A DNA stretch of 62,556 nucleotides, filler included, from Globobulimina sp. (lineage: Eukaryota), in NCBI GenBank assembly GCA_003354225.1. It is 41 parts of 41 records of this genome, joined end to end, with 100 filler letters (N's around TTAATTAATTAA, not from the genome) between each part and the next. Parts side by side here need not be neighbours in the genome. Positions count along the whole stretch, not along the records: positions 48,914 to 50,340 come from PIVH01016843.1; positions 50,441 to 51,867 come from PIVH01016844.1; positions 51,968 to 53,394 come from PIVH01016845.1; positions 53,495 to 54,921 come from PIVH01016846.1; positions 55,022 to 56,448 come from PIVH01016847.1; positions 56,549 to 57,975 come from PIVH01016848.1; positions 58,076 to 59,502 come from PIVH01016849.1; positions 59,603 to 61,029 come from PIVH01016850.1; 33 more parts are not named here. One strand, written 5' to 3'. The translations under genes were made by a program, and so were the position numbers. Under the pieces are notes generated by a model, which ran no database searches, was not told where the DNA came from, and worked only from the letters and a program-made list of their open reading frames with translations. Of the stretch, positions 48,814-61,141 are shown in pieces; within the stretch, counting starts at the first letter, position 1, and each line of letters starts with the position of its first letter.

Positions 48814-49099
48814 NNNNNNNNNNNNNNNNNNNNNNNNNNNNNNNNNNNNNNNNNNNNTTAATTAATTAANNNNNNNNNNNNNNNNNNNNNNNNNNNNNNN
48901 NNNNNNNNNNNNNAAGAATTTGACTGTCAGAAAGCGACGAAAAAGTGTTTGTGGATATTTTGGCTGAATTGTTGTTGTTTTAAAGTCGATCGCATTGTAT
49001 GAAATGTCACTCATTCTATAAATACTGCTTAGTGCACGGGACTAGAAATCTTAATATGCAAAAACAAAGAAAGTTTTTTACTAAACCACGCCTGATGAT

Positions 49100-50340
49100 A
49101 TGAGCAAATCCGTTCGCTTAAAGAATCCTAAATCAGCGCAATCATTTGATGCTATAAACAAAGCATTTGATGTAATCCCGGAGTGGAGACAAAAAGAATT
49201 GGCAGCGAAGGAAAAAAAAGAAAAAAAAAGAGAAACAAAAAGAAGAGAATTAGTAAATTCCTGTAAAAACATCGATGATAACAATGACAATGCTGCTGGA
49301 TTTACTGAAAATACGTTTGATTCATTATTTGATACAGATCCAAAGAAATACAGTTTGACAGATACCAATACATTATTTGATAATAATCAAATTTCTAAAT
49401 CTCGTTTCCAAACATTGGAAAAAAGAAATCCTGTCCAAAATTTGGAAGACCATAAACCAAAAATTGTCACAAAAAAGGTAAGGCGAAAAATAAAAAAAAT
49501 TAAAAAGAAGAGAAAAAAAATAGTAAAATCGTTTCTCTCCGCTGGGGATGGAGGCGATAATGCATTCGATGAAAGTGGACTCGATACATTATTCGGACCA
49601 TCACAAAAAAAACCAGCACAAAAACGAAAATTTGGCGCCATGTCCAATCCACATTTAATAAAAAAACGAAAATTAAATAAAAATGAAAGTCAAAAACTTG
49701 ATGAGAGGTTGTTAAGAAATAAAAAAAAGGCTGAAAGTGCATTGATAGATAAACAAAAACAAATCCTGTCCCAAATTAATACGTTTGACCTCAAAGAATT
49801 AATGATTGATAATATCCCATCAGATTATGATGAAGACAAATTGAAGAATTATGTGGCGGAGTTATGCAGTGTCGACTGTGCTGATATTAATTTATTTCCT
49901 CATTTGACCGATGATACAAAGCCAAACAGAGCCATTTTCTCTTTTCGAACTGCAGTTATGTGTGCCATTGGATGTCAACATTTATTGAATGCAACATTAG
50001 GTGATAATGTATTATCTGTTAAACCAATCTCAAATAAATACAAGGCAAAGCATGAAAGTGCGGATCGAAATTGTAAGGTGATAAAAATGAGCAATTTGCA
50101 TTGGAAAACGAGTAAGAAAAATATTAAACGGTTTTTTAAAGCGACTGCTGGTGAGCCATTAAAGGTAAATATTCATACAACAACCGGTGGATATAGCACT
50201 GGAGAGGCAAAGGCAGAATTTATTCATTATAAATGTGTGAATCATGCTCTACACAAATTAAATAATACGATGTTATTGGGTCGAAGTATTAAATTAATGG
50301 TTGGCGGAAGTCGACAAATAATGGACACACAGACTGGCAT
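49100..50340 (+). CDS. Two-RRM basic (nucleolar-type) RNA-binding protein, 3' partial
   Basis: LMIDNIP...AIFSF; IKMSNLHWKTS...STGEAKAEF...LNNTMLLGRSI. Confidence 0.8.
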
Positions 50341-50440
50341 NNNNNNNNNNNNNNNNNNNNNNNNNNNNNNNNNNNNNNNNNNNNTTAATTAATTAANNNN
50401 NNNNNNNNNNNNNNNNNNNNNNNNNNNNNNNNNNNNNNNN

Positions 50441-50719
50441 ATGAATATAATCTGACAAACACATTAAATATGAATTACTGCAAAACTCAATCAATATTTG
50501 CTGCGCATTCAAATCACTCTCTTTCTGACATAATAATTGATAATATCGCAAACAATATGTAATTCGCAATAAATGGTCGCAATTCTTTACGATTCCACCT
50601 TCTTTCTTGTTATTATTAATATTACAGTTTGCTGTGTTTGTTTTAAATATTTTAAAATCAAAGTTCTCTTTTTGAGTCACTCTGGCTTCGGCTTTTATGA
50701 TTGTTTCTTTGTTTGCCAT
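50441..50719 (-). CDS. Second member of the C-x-HL-x-R...YY...DYIH family, partial
   Basis: NCDHLLRITYCLRYY...LSDYIH. Confidence 0.6.
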
Positions 50720-52212
50720 TTTAAAATGAAAATCCTCGCCTTTTCTGTATAAAACAAAACAAATGAGGTGAACCGGGTGTTGTAACTGAGAAAGCTTTGA
50801 TATCAGTAATGTTTGTTTGTGGTTATTATTGTGAGTGTGAAGAGCAACTGTAAATTATTAATGTTTTTATTAATGTTTTTTTGAGGTAAAAGCAAATGTA
50901 TTCTTTGATATTATATTATTTATATAGTATACGCAATCAATCATATCATTCGATAAATTGTTTGGTGCCCCATAATAAACTCACAAATAATGCCACAAAC
51001 AACCATGCATAATATCAGTATCATTAGAATGGATATCGGATTTCAAAAAATAAGCAATGCGCGAGATGCTGTTGTGCCAAATCCGACAAACGTAATATGG
51101 GCAGAAAATAAGCGCGGATCTATGCACCAAACACACAAACTGACGAAAGCATCTAAAGTGGTTAGATCTAGAACCAGCTTAAATAAGCGATTTTATTCAT
51201 GGCTACCGTTAAACGCTCCGTACAGAAACATTGTTCATCTCAAGTTTAAATCAATCAAACATTGCATGAGAAATATAATTAGTTATGTAATATGATTAAA
51301 ATTTGTATAATGAAATATGATTGCAAACATTTCTCCGAACATTAGATCATCGGAAATACGATTGTGAATATGATTAGTTATGCAATACGATTGCATAAAT
51401 CAGTGATAAATGTCAAATACGATTAGAACATTTCTCCCAAACATTACAAAATAGTATAAATTATTATTAGAGTAAATAGTATTAGATTATGAAAAAGAAA
51501 CAAAAAAAGAAAAAATTACAAAAATATAAAATAAAAAGATATACATTTATTTTTTTATTAATATTTAATTTTATTATAAGTGCAAGGATATTATATTTTT
51601 GTGTTTGCGTTTTTTTAATCTAAAAAGTTATTACTATTTATGTCTAAAAATGATCTCATCTCATCTCTCAGTTTGAATTTGCTGATTTGGTTCCACGTTC
51701 CGCTGAGCGCCGGAAACCACGATATTGAACTCATTCATTAAAATGTCTTTAAATATCCTATTTTTTAATAACGGATGAATCAAAATCGATGCATATTTGA
51801 TAAATGTTGGTAAATCTAACTCTTTCGCCTCCAATCCAGACAAAAATCTCTTTCCTTTTTCGTTTTGNNNNNNNNNNNNNNNNNNNNNNNNNNNNNNNNN
51901 NNNNNNNNNNNTTAATTAATTAANNNNNNNNNNNNNNNNNNNNNNNNNNNNNNNNNNNNNNNNNNNNCAATGAGTCTCTTGCATCTGATTGACGTATTGA
52001 CCACTATTGTTAGTTGAAACTTTTTTTCTCTGATTTCTCATGTTTCTAGCTAGCAAACCATGGCAATAACTATAGAACGTTCAAGCATATACCTGTCATA
52101 AACATGATTGTCTGACAATCGGATATAAGGTAAAATTCATTTTCGACGATGAAAAAATGTATGGAACAGTGGAATATACAAACACAAAAATAATTCTTTA
52201 GGCAAGTTCAGT

Positions 52213-52608
52213 TTAACCACGACAATTCTCACACAAATGTTGTTCATATTCTTCCATCCAAAACCCAGGCACTGTTAAATTGCATTCTTGACAATATAAA
52301 ACATTACATTTTGAACCAGCACATCGAACCGCACAACATTCACATATTACACCTCCACATTTGCGACAATCAAACGTATATTGTTGCCATTCAAAGCATG
52401 CGCGACAATACATCCCCTCATCTGTTACACACTGCTTTTCCAAGTGATCAATTTCCAAATTCACACTATTCATTACATTATTTATTGCCGCATCCAATGG
52501 AGATATCAATTGCCGTGAAATTGCTTGTTGTTGTTCTATAATTTTGTTCAATTGTGCTATATGCCGAATTCTTATCTTTTCCGATAAATCGTGTTTTTGT
52601 GCTTCCAA
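52213..52608 (-). CDS. Cys-rich zinc-finger protein C-terminal part
   Basis: Multiple CxxC pairs after a coiled coil. Confidence 0.6.
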   Translation of the reverse strand: MEAQKHDLSEKIRIRHIAQLNKIIEQQQAISRQLISPLDAAINNVMNSVNLEIDHLEKQCVTDEGMYCRACFEWQQYTFDCRKCGGVICECCAVRCAGSKCNVLYCQECNLTVPGFWMEEYEQHLCENCRG

Positions 52609-52856
52609 CGATCGTAGTTTTTTGATAAAAATATGTAAAGTCCTCTCATCGATCTCTACATATTCTTACAATGAATATTATATAATGTTGATATTTCTTA
52701 TAATTTAAATACAATAATTTGACAAACCTTCATAATCCTCTCTTGACCGCTTCTTTCCAGATATTTTAGTATGCTGAACAGCGCTCATGACGGATGATAA
52801 TGATTTTATGTCTGACAAAGTGAAAACCGCCGCTTGCATTATTCCACTCACTGACA

Positions 52857-53394
52857 ATGGGAAACACGTTGAGTAAAAAAGTGGAGAACAATGGTGAAAT
52901 ATTGGGCCAAGCTTTCCGCAATGCCAAAGGAGCAGCTCTTCTTGGTTTAATATTCACATTATTAAAATTCAAGCGTTCTATAATCCGCATTTACCGCTCA
53001 TTCGTTGACAAAAACAAAATAAAAAACGATGAACAACAATCAAAACAATCCATCCATACATACAAAGGCGGCAATGTATACAAGGCAATGCTTACATATT
53101 TCATTAAATTCCCAGCATTCATTGCTTTATTTTCTATTTTATTTAAAAAGTTAATCAGAATGAATTATTTATCCACAGCAATGGCGGTAAACTTATCATC
53201 CTTAGCAATGCAAAAATTTTCCATCTCATTCATGGCATTTTTATTGGCTCATTATACCCAACAAAATGTAAATATATTCCATTGGAAATGGTCATTAGTT
53301 TTATTAATTCGCTCTTTGTTCGGTCTGATACGTTTATCCGTTCCTTCTCAGTATCAAATATTTGAAATAGAACATCTGCATTCTGTCATATTGC
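52857..53394 (+). CDS. Multi-TM membrane protein (TMEM135/PXMP4-like), partial
   Basis: Hydrophobic helices; family call tentative. Confidence 0.45.
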
Positions 53395-53494
53395 NNNNNN
53401 NNNNNNNNNNNNNNNNNNNNNNNNNNNNNNNNNNNNNNTTAATTAATTAANNNNNNNNNNNNNNNNNNNNNNNNNNNNNNNNNNNNNNNNNNNN

Positions 53495-54921
53495 GATATT
53501 AATCCTATACAGGTCGCACCACAAGAAAAGATGAAAAATAATGTATCAAATACTTCATATTTAAGTAGTGAGAGGGCAGAGACTGTGGAGTCATCGGTAT
53601 TAAGTCCTTTAAGTGATAAGATTCAGAACATGAATGGCCATCACATCTATGCTGCCAAAAATCGTTATAATGGACATCATATTTACCATCCTAACAAACA
53701 TCATTTAGTATCGCATCCAATGGATAGAGTATCAATCAGAAAACACAAACATCCAAAAAGACAAGTCTCTAATAAACATATTAAGCAACATGTACTAGTA
53801 CGTAACACCAAAAACGATAATTTGTCTGATGAAATGATGCGAAAATGCGTTTATATTTACATTTATATTCATATTTATATTTTATACAGGGTCTGGATGA
53901 GGAGTCAGGCTCAATATATTCCAATCAAAGTGCAGAGACAGCGACATCGTTAAATTCAATATCCACAGTTCAAACAAGTATAGACTCAAAATATTTATCA
54001 CAAATTAAATCAAATGACAGGCACCAACGCCATGAAAGACAGCAATTAAGAGAGAAAATTCAACAACAAATAGCATTACAACAAGAATATCAAAAAACAC
54101 GGAGGTTAATTCATACAGAGGACCCAAACCAAAACCAAAATCCAAATCATAATGAAAATCATATTGATACCATGGATACAGAGAGTTTTATGTCTGTAAT
54201 ATATACGGATGAATCTACCACGTCCATACAATATGACTCTGACAATGAGAATAAACATAATAATAATAATATGAATAAACATCATCACCGTAAATCAATT
54301 GATACCGTCAATACTGTAAATACTGTAAATACGACCAATACAAAATATGCGCCATCCATATTTACAGATATCGATTATGATATCGATTATAGCAACGTTG
54401 GCATTAAAGATATTGTATGGACACAAAAACTAAAATACTTAAAAAATAGATTAATGTTTTTAGAAAAGGAAATTGCTGATTTGCCTCCAACGCATAGGAA
54501 ATTAGATAAATTAATGTTGTATGTTGCATTGGAATTTTTATCCATAAATCCAGATGAAAAAAAAGCAAATGATCGACTGGTGGAATGGTGGGATTTGCAT
54601 AAATATTCATGGCTCGATAAGCATGATCCCCAAAAAGAAGAAACTATGCTATCGCAGAATTGGAATGAAATCGGAATCCCTTTGACCAGAAAGGCCGGTT
54701 CGACCCCTACCCATCACAAAAAAACTTTATTTGAAGACATTTATGATAATTTAAAACGGACCGACAATGCGCAATATATGGACCCAATACCAATACAAAA
54801 GAGGCAATATGATAATAATGATGGTATTGGTGATATGAGTGATGATGATAAGGATATTCATGATGGTGAGATTCCATCGACGATAATATTCAACAAAGGC
54901 AAATATAAAGATTATGATAGC
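53495..54921 (+). CDS. Hypothetical low-complexity protein, spliced, partial
   Basis: 41-nt GT-AG intron 53849..53889 joins two ORFs (MMRKC/GLDEE). Confidence 0.65.
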
Positions 54922-55470
54922 NNNNNNNNNNNNNNNNNNNNNNNNNNNNNNNNNNNNNNNNNNNNTTAATTAATTAANNNNNNNNNNNNNNNNNNNNNNN
55001 NNNNNNNNNNNNNNNNNNNNNTGTGATTTGTTTCGAGATCAGTTTGTCAAACACCAATACCTGCATACACACTGTCTTTTTTTTAATGAAGACTGACAAA
55101 CCTATAGCAAACTGTTTCTGGATTTGCAAATTGTTTCTCAGATAATTAAATCAAATGTATACAACTTATCGACAAGGGAGGGGGTGGTTATCTTTTGGAA
55201 TGTGTCACTATCTTCTTCGAGTTTTGTGCCATGTTGCTGAGCATCTTCCTGGTGAGTCACCAGTGGTGACCCTCTGTGATATGAATGAACGGTCAGTCAG
55301 TCACATGCATCAAACATGCACGTAAATTTGGTTGAAGATTGCATTGAATAAATTTATGTGAATAAAAGTATAGAAATCTTTAAAATTACAGAAATCCGAT
55401 ACGATAAACTAATAAAAACGTACATAAATGGCAATGCTAAATTAAAAAAAAGAATAAGTTAATTATAATG

Positions 55471-56448
55471 TTATTGCTTTGATCTTTTTACAAAACATTC
55501 AATATTTATTTCCAAAGCTGAAACAATACAAGATGTAAAAGTAGAAATTTGAAAGTTTTTTAATATCTTTGGATGTATGATACCAAAATATCCCACAACT
55601 TTATTATCCACTAAGATTTCAGCTTGCCTTTGTTTCAAAAACGACGGCTTATTTGCTTCACGAATCGAATAAAACCGCCTCCCCTTTGACTTCTTAAAGG
55701 ATGGCCATAAACCATTATAAGGTGCCTGTTTAAGTTGAATTTGTGGCAAAAATGTAAATTCATTTTGTTCCATTATCCGATCCAATAAACCATGAATATA
55801 TTCCAAACCAGAATTTTGTTTTTCACATATTATGGCCGCTAATCGTCTTTCATTCCTTGCGCCGACTTCATATCTCGAATCACAAAATACAACGTCACCC
55901 ACTTCAAATAAATACAATGGCAAACTTATCTTTTTATGTCCGATATTTGCCGACAATGTCTTAAAGACCCCGGGCAATAAATTGGTTCTACAGATCTCAA
56001 ATTGTTGATGTTTCGGCTTATTTAATCGAACCATGGTTTTCTCCTTTTCCGCCTCTGGAATTAACATATACTCAAAATTCTCTTTCCGTGACGTTAGCAC
56101 CCAATTAAGCACTTCGACGTAACCGCAGCACGCCACTACTTCCCGGATCTTATTTATATCATATAATAACTGCAGCATTTTTATTCAGAATGAACATATA
56201 AAAACACACCTTATCCGACACAGAATTCAATATAAACTCCTTTCCAGTGGTGGCATTTGCAGGTAATCTAAAGGTTAAGTTATTGTATCCATAGGCAATG
56301 GCCACGTCTTCCATAATGTCCACCGGATGCAATATATCTGACCGTGTGGGTGGCGCACACACAAATAACTCGTTATCGCCTTTGGCTTCAATGTCCAAAC
56401 CCATTCTATACAGTAATTCGACAATTTGCTTCGACGCTAATGTCGTAC
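55471..56448 (-). CDS. FARSB: Phenylalanine-tRNA ligase beta subunit (eukaryotic), 5' partial
   Basis: PPTRSDILHPVDIMEDVAIAYGYNN, RTNLLPG, LFEVGDVV, FGIIHP; intron 56149..56209. Confidence 0.95.
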
Positions 56449-56825
56449 NNNNNNNNNNNNNNNNNNNNNNNNNNNNNNNNNNNNNNNNNNNNTTAATTAA
56501 TTAANNNNNNNNNNNNNNNNNNNNNNNNNNNNNNNNNNNNNNNNNNNNTTTTTTATACTCAACTTCAAAGTGAAGTGTTTGACAAGCTGAATGTTCTGGT
56601 AATATCTGTTTCAACCAAGACGAACATTATTGATATTATTATGGATGAAAAAGGATTAAAAGCAAAACAATTATTGCGTCAAAAAAAGGTTAAAACAATC
56701 AATTAACAATGTGTTTGTCAGTGCGCTTTTAAATTCCATCTTTTTTCATTTTAGTTAAAAAGTAAATAAAAACTAAATCCTTTTTCATTTGATTGGGTGA
56801 TAAATTATTTTTTATTATTTATTGC

Positions 56826-57440
56826 TTAAATTGTATTCGGATTCATTAAATTCCAGACTTTTAATAATTTTGGCATATTTTCATTTGGATATTGCTGTTT
56901 TAAATCATGAATATCTGCATTTGGATTGGTATTCAACCATCTTTCAATAATTTCCCTGCGAATTAATGGCTTATTTGCTCTTCTTTTTATTTTTCTTTTT
57001 TTATAAAATAATTGGATTGAATATTGAGGCGGATTTGTGATTGATTTTAAAATTGTATTTAATTCAAACATTTGTGAAAATAATAAGCAACATTCTCGTC
57101 GAATATCTTTTTTTGTTATCATTTGTTTTTTTAAATTATTTTTCTCATTTTTATGATTTTTAATATTTGTAGAAATTGATAAAAATCCAGCTGTATTATT
57201 ATAATATATATTAAATAGATATTCTTCAATTAATTGTTTTTTTGCAAAAATTGTAAATTGTAATTTATTTAAATATTCATATTCATTATCAATGGTATCA
57301 TAAATGGATTGAATACATTTTAAAAATTCTGTACATTCAGAAAATGATTGGTTTTTCTCTTTAATAATAAATAAATTACTCATTCCATACAATTCTACCA
57401 ATTCATATGCATCCAAAGGAAATAAATTGCGTAAAGCTGT
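56826..57440 (-). CDS. Hypothetical protein
   Basis: About 200-codon AT-rich ORF. Confidence 0.5.
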   Translation of the reverse strand, partial: TALRNLFPLDAYELVELYGMSNLFIIKEKNQSFSECTEFLKCIQSIYDTIDNEYEYLNKLQFTIFAKKQLIEEYLFNIYYNNTAGFLSISTNIKNHKNEKNNLKKQMITKKDIRRECCLLFSQMFELNTILKSITNPPQYSIQLFYKKRKIKRRANKPLIRREIIERWLNTNPNADIHDLKQQYPNENMPKLLKVWNLMNPNTI

Positions 57441-58075
57441 AATTTGACATAAACTCTGACAAATTAATTTTCAGTTTCAATTTGTAAACCAATCATATAA
57501 ACATACAATTTTCAGGAATTTTTTCAGCGCTTTTCTGAATTTATTAATTTATAAATGGTGGAACTTAACTATTTAAAAGATAATCATACATTGATTGCTG
57601 TCTTGTTGTATCAGGTTTTGTTTCTTTGTATAACACACAATGTGACATGATGAAGGCTGAAAAATTAAAATCTAAAGTTTTTTTTTGGTGCAAATACTCC
57701 TAAAATCCTAAATCACACATTCACACAATGGAACCTGAATTATTGAATTCAAACACTGCCAAGGGTGAGGAATCAAAAAAGCGAGTTTAGTGATATATAT
57801 AGCGATAAAACAACAACCAATGCACCTTTCCGCATTCAGAGATTAGAATTAAATTGCAATGAAATGAATACATCACCAAGAAAAAAAAGAAAATGTAACA
57901 CCGCACCACCCGACACTACGACTTTAGATTCACATATCTTCAAAGCACATGAATAGGGAAATATGTTACTGGTAANNNNNNNNNNNNNNNNNNNNNNNNN
58001 NNNNNNNNNNNNNNNNNNNTTAATTAATTAANNNNNNNNNNNNNNNNNNNNNNNNNNNNNNNNNNNNNNNNNNNN

Positions 58076-58263
58076 CCAAATTCAAAAAAAGGATATTTAA
58101 AAATATTGATCAACACGATGACCCATAAAAGCTGGTACCCGAAACTGGCGCCGGCCCGCGTGGACTGAACCAGATGAGATACGCCGATAGCAGATCCGGC
58201 AAATATTATTCCCGGACCCAGTGCTTTCAATAATCCCTGACGTGTAATAGATTCTTTTGCCAT
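58076..58263 (-). CDS. Bacterial NRAMP-family divalent metal transporter, N-terminus
   Basis: LGPGIIFAGSAIGVSHLVQSTRAGASFG...KYPFFEF; Shine-Dalgarno AAGGAG before ATG. Confidence 0.9.
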
Positions 58264-58357
58264 TTTTCTCCTTCTCTCAAATGCCAAATGTTTTTATATA
58301 AGGATTTCAGCCAATTTTAAAATCCCCCTCAATCCCCCTTTTCAATGGGGGCTGGGG

Positions 58358-58615
58358 CATAGACGTCAGGCTAAAAAATATATGTATAAATTATTAGCCA
58401 TTACAGAACCTGAAAAAATGAACGTCGAACATTCAACTTCCAACGTCGAACTTCCAATAAGGTATTCTATCATTTTTAAAAATGATAAAGCGAAGCGCCT
58501 TCCATATTCGACGTTCGACGTTGGGCGTTCGATGTTCGACGTTAAAAAAATCACTACATTAATATGAAATCATATCATTTCGTGTCACAAATTTTTCCTT
58601 AGCCTGACGGCTATG
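58358..58615. mobile_element. 258-bp bacterial MITE (IS4-like ends) with 11-bp target duplication
   Basis: TIRs CATAGACGTCAGGCTAA and TTAGCCTGACGGCTATG; flanks GGGGGCTGGGG and GGGGGCGGGGG. Confidence 0.8.
58421..58543. repeat. Heptamer-built inverted repeat (AACGTCG/CGACGTT) nested in the MITE
   Basis: AACGTCGAACATTCAACTTCCAACGTCGAAC...TTCGACGTTGGGCGTTCGATGTTCGACGTT. Confidence 0.85.
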
Positions 58616-58892
58616 GGGGGCGGGGGCGCTCCGGGCGAGTTCGAGGAGCGCTTCTTGAGTGACGCACTCCTCAGGCGCAGCACTGAAAAGCAATAATAAA
58701 AAGGGAAGCAAATGCTTTCCTATAGCACGTTCCATGTTGTTCCGCTAAAAGATAGATTCCATGATCCGGATCTGTCCTCCTGTCAGGCTTTCAGATAGAT
58801 ACGACGCAATGAACGCTTCAGAACCCTTAATTGTGCCCGTAAATTTGGGAACACCTCCTTTCTTGTCCAAATTTTAAAGAAGGTACAAATTT

Positions 58893-59502
58893 ATGAACAA
58901 TAGAACACAAAAATATTCGAAACCAATTGATAATGATACGAGAATGCCGTCATTTCATGGGAAATTGAATGTTATTGAATGGGAAGACTTGCGGCGTTTG
59001 CATTTGGTGAGGCTTTACGCCGGTGATATCCCGGAAAGGAAAGAATATGACTCGCTCATCGGTTTGTCACTAACACAAAATGACAGCAGACATATACGAC
59101 ATGATATTAATAATCCTTTGCCATTACCGGACAACTCTGTTGATAGCTATCAAGCAGAAGATGTATTTGAGCATATTGAATATAACAGACTGTTACCAAT
59201 TATAGATGAGATTTACCGTGTATTGAAATCCAATGCTACCTTCAGGCTATCCATGCCGGATTACGGATGTGATGTACTTTTCAATAGGAGTGTTAAAGAT
59301 GCGTCAGGAAATATTGTTTTTGATCCCGGTGGTGGCGGCACTCCTCAAAATCCCGGACATGTATGGTTCCCTCGCATTGACAAAGTTCAACAACTGCTTG
59401 AAAAATCAAATTTTGGTAAATTCGGCAAAATTGAATATCTCCATTATTACACTATGGATTGGACATTTGTCGTAAATAAAATAGATTATTCTAAAGGACA
59501 TA
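58893..59502 (+). CDS. Bacterial class I SAM-dependent methyltransferase-like protein, 3' partial
   Basis: HDINNPLPLPDNSVD...EDVFEHI...EIYRVLK...RLSMPD. Confidence 0.85.
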
Positions 59503-59764
59503 NNNNNNNNNNNNNNNNNNNNNNNNNNNNNNNNNNNNNNNNNNNNTTAATTAATTAANNNNNNNNNNNNNNNNNNNNNNNNNNNNNNNNNNNNNNNNNN
59601 NNTTTTCTACTACTAATACTTAAATACTCAAAAAGCACTTAGTAAATTGCATGCTGTGAGGGTGGATTAATTAAAAGTACTTATTCCACTCCTCCCTTGA
59701 CCTGATTATAGAATTTATAATTCATTTGAAAAATAGTCCTCCACATGCAAGAAATAAGAAAAAT

Positions 59765-59846
59765 GAGCACCTAGCTCAATTGGTAGAGAATTGGTTTGAA
59801 TGGATTGCAAACGAAATGGATGTAGGTTCGAATCCTACGGTGATAA
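59765..59846 (+). ncRNA. tRNA-like element with enlarged anticodon arm
   Basis: A box TAGCTCAATTGG; perfect T arm GTAGG-TTCGAAT-CCTAC; partial acceptor CACC/GGTG; followed by ATGGA repeats. Confidence 0.75.
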
Positions 59847-60074
59847 GATGGAATGGAATGGATGTATGGATTATATGATTAAACACGAGCCTCTGCTATG
59901 ACGAATATTGTAAAACATGGAATGGATGTATGATTAAACATGGATTATGGATTATATGAAGAATATGAGAAGCAAAGCCGTCACGTATTAAGGCGGCGAA
60001 TTATTTGAAGGAAAGTAAAATATGGTGATTATATGAAACATTCTGATATTAATTATGGTAGAAAGAACATATAC

Positions 60075-60165
60075 ATGTTCAAAAGTCTTGAAACTTTTAA
60101 ACCATTGTTCAAAAGTCTTGAAACTTTTAAACTTTTGTTCAAAAGTTTTGGTTCCAAAAGTTTTA
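60075..60165. repeat. About 30-bp tandem repeat TGTTCAAAAGTCTTGAAACTTTTAAAC, 2 full plus 1 partial copy
   Basis: Directly visible. Confidence 0.85.
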
Positions 60166-60519
60166 GCAAATAGTAAAACGTTTGAGAGCTTTTTGATTTT
60201 TAAAAGAAAAAAAGAGAACGTTGAGATCAACTAAGCAAGAAAACCTTTAATTTCCACACAAAACTAATTAGTTTCTGTGATTATATAACAAACAAAGACT
60301 TTTCTGATATAATTAGAATTGGGTGGAAATTAAAACTTTCCTAAATATTTGCGTTTGAAAAACTGCTTGAAATCCTACATTTTTTCAACATTTCCATTTA
60401 AATCACCAGCAAAATAATTTTTGAATTTTCCACTCACTCTAAAATGATAAAAAGTGTATTACAGAATTGTGGCAAAAAAAAAATTAGAAAAATGTAAGGC
60501 TGTAACAGCAATTCTTATT

Positions 60520-61029
60520 TTAACAATTTTCAAAAGTTTTGAGCATTATTTTCAAAAGTTCCAAAAGTTTCGATTTCAACCCAAAAGTTTTGGCATTGGA
60601 TTTTAACTGCTTTGTATGTATTATGCTTTTACATTTTTTAGCGTTGAAATTATACGCCCATTTATCGCTGTGCTGCACGCAAATTGCCAACAGGTCAGAC
60701 AGATTCTCAATGGTGTTGGCTGTTAGCACTACGTCGTCAGCATAGAAGATGCATGAGATTAAATTGGTGGGGTCTGGAGAGACAGCTGCGAATAGAATGG
60801 GGCTGAGGACAGAGCCTTGGAGGACACCATTGTGGAGCTCGAAAAGTTTGGTTATGAATGGGATATCTCTCATTGCAGAGTGGGAATTATTGTAAACAGC
60901 TTGTATTAATTTGACAGGGATTTGGAAGTTGTTGTGCAATTTGTAAAATAGGCCTTTGCGCCAAACAGTATCGAATGCTTTTTTAATGTCCAGCGAGGCA
61001 GAATATAATGGTTTATTTTGCAATATGGC
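60520..61029 (-). mobile_element. Non-LTR retrotransposon reverse transcriptase fragment, degenerate and 3'-truncated
   Basis: LDIKKAFDTV, GVLQGSVLSPILF, YADD, FNAKKC; short LSP-YADD spacing and early stop. Confidence 0.92.
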
Positions 61030-61141
61030 NNNNNNNNNNNNNNNNNNNNNNNNNNNNNNNNNNNNNNNNNNNNTTAATTAATTAANNNNNNNNNNNNNNN
61101 NNNNNNNNNNNNNNNNNNNNNNNNNNNNNCACGGAAACATA

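Noticed and set aside
55248-55271. Overlapping short palindromes CTGGTGAGTCACCAG and GTCACCAGTGGTGAC
   Set aside because: Short and single-copy, with no context suggesting function.
56826-57416. HORMA-domain resemblance
   Set aside because: Only a vague match around LKSITNPPQYSIQLFY; not supportable without a profile search.
58366-58567. Two short antiparallel ORFs
   Set aside because: By-products of the heptamer inverted repeat inside the MITE.
58625-58700. Metal-sensing riboswitch upstream of the NRAMP gene
   Set aside because: Only a 9-bp GC hairpin is visible; conserved yybP-ykoY motifs were not recognised. An Rfam scan is needed.
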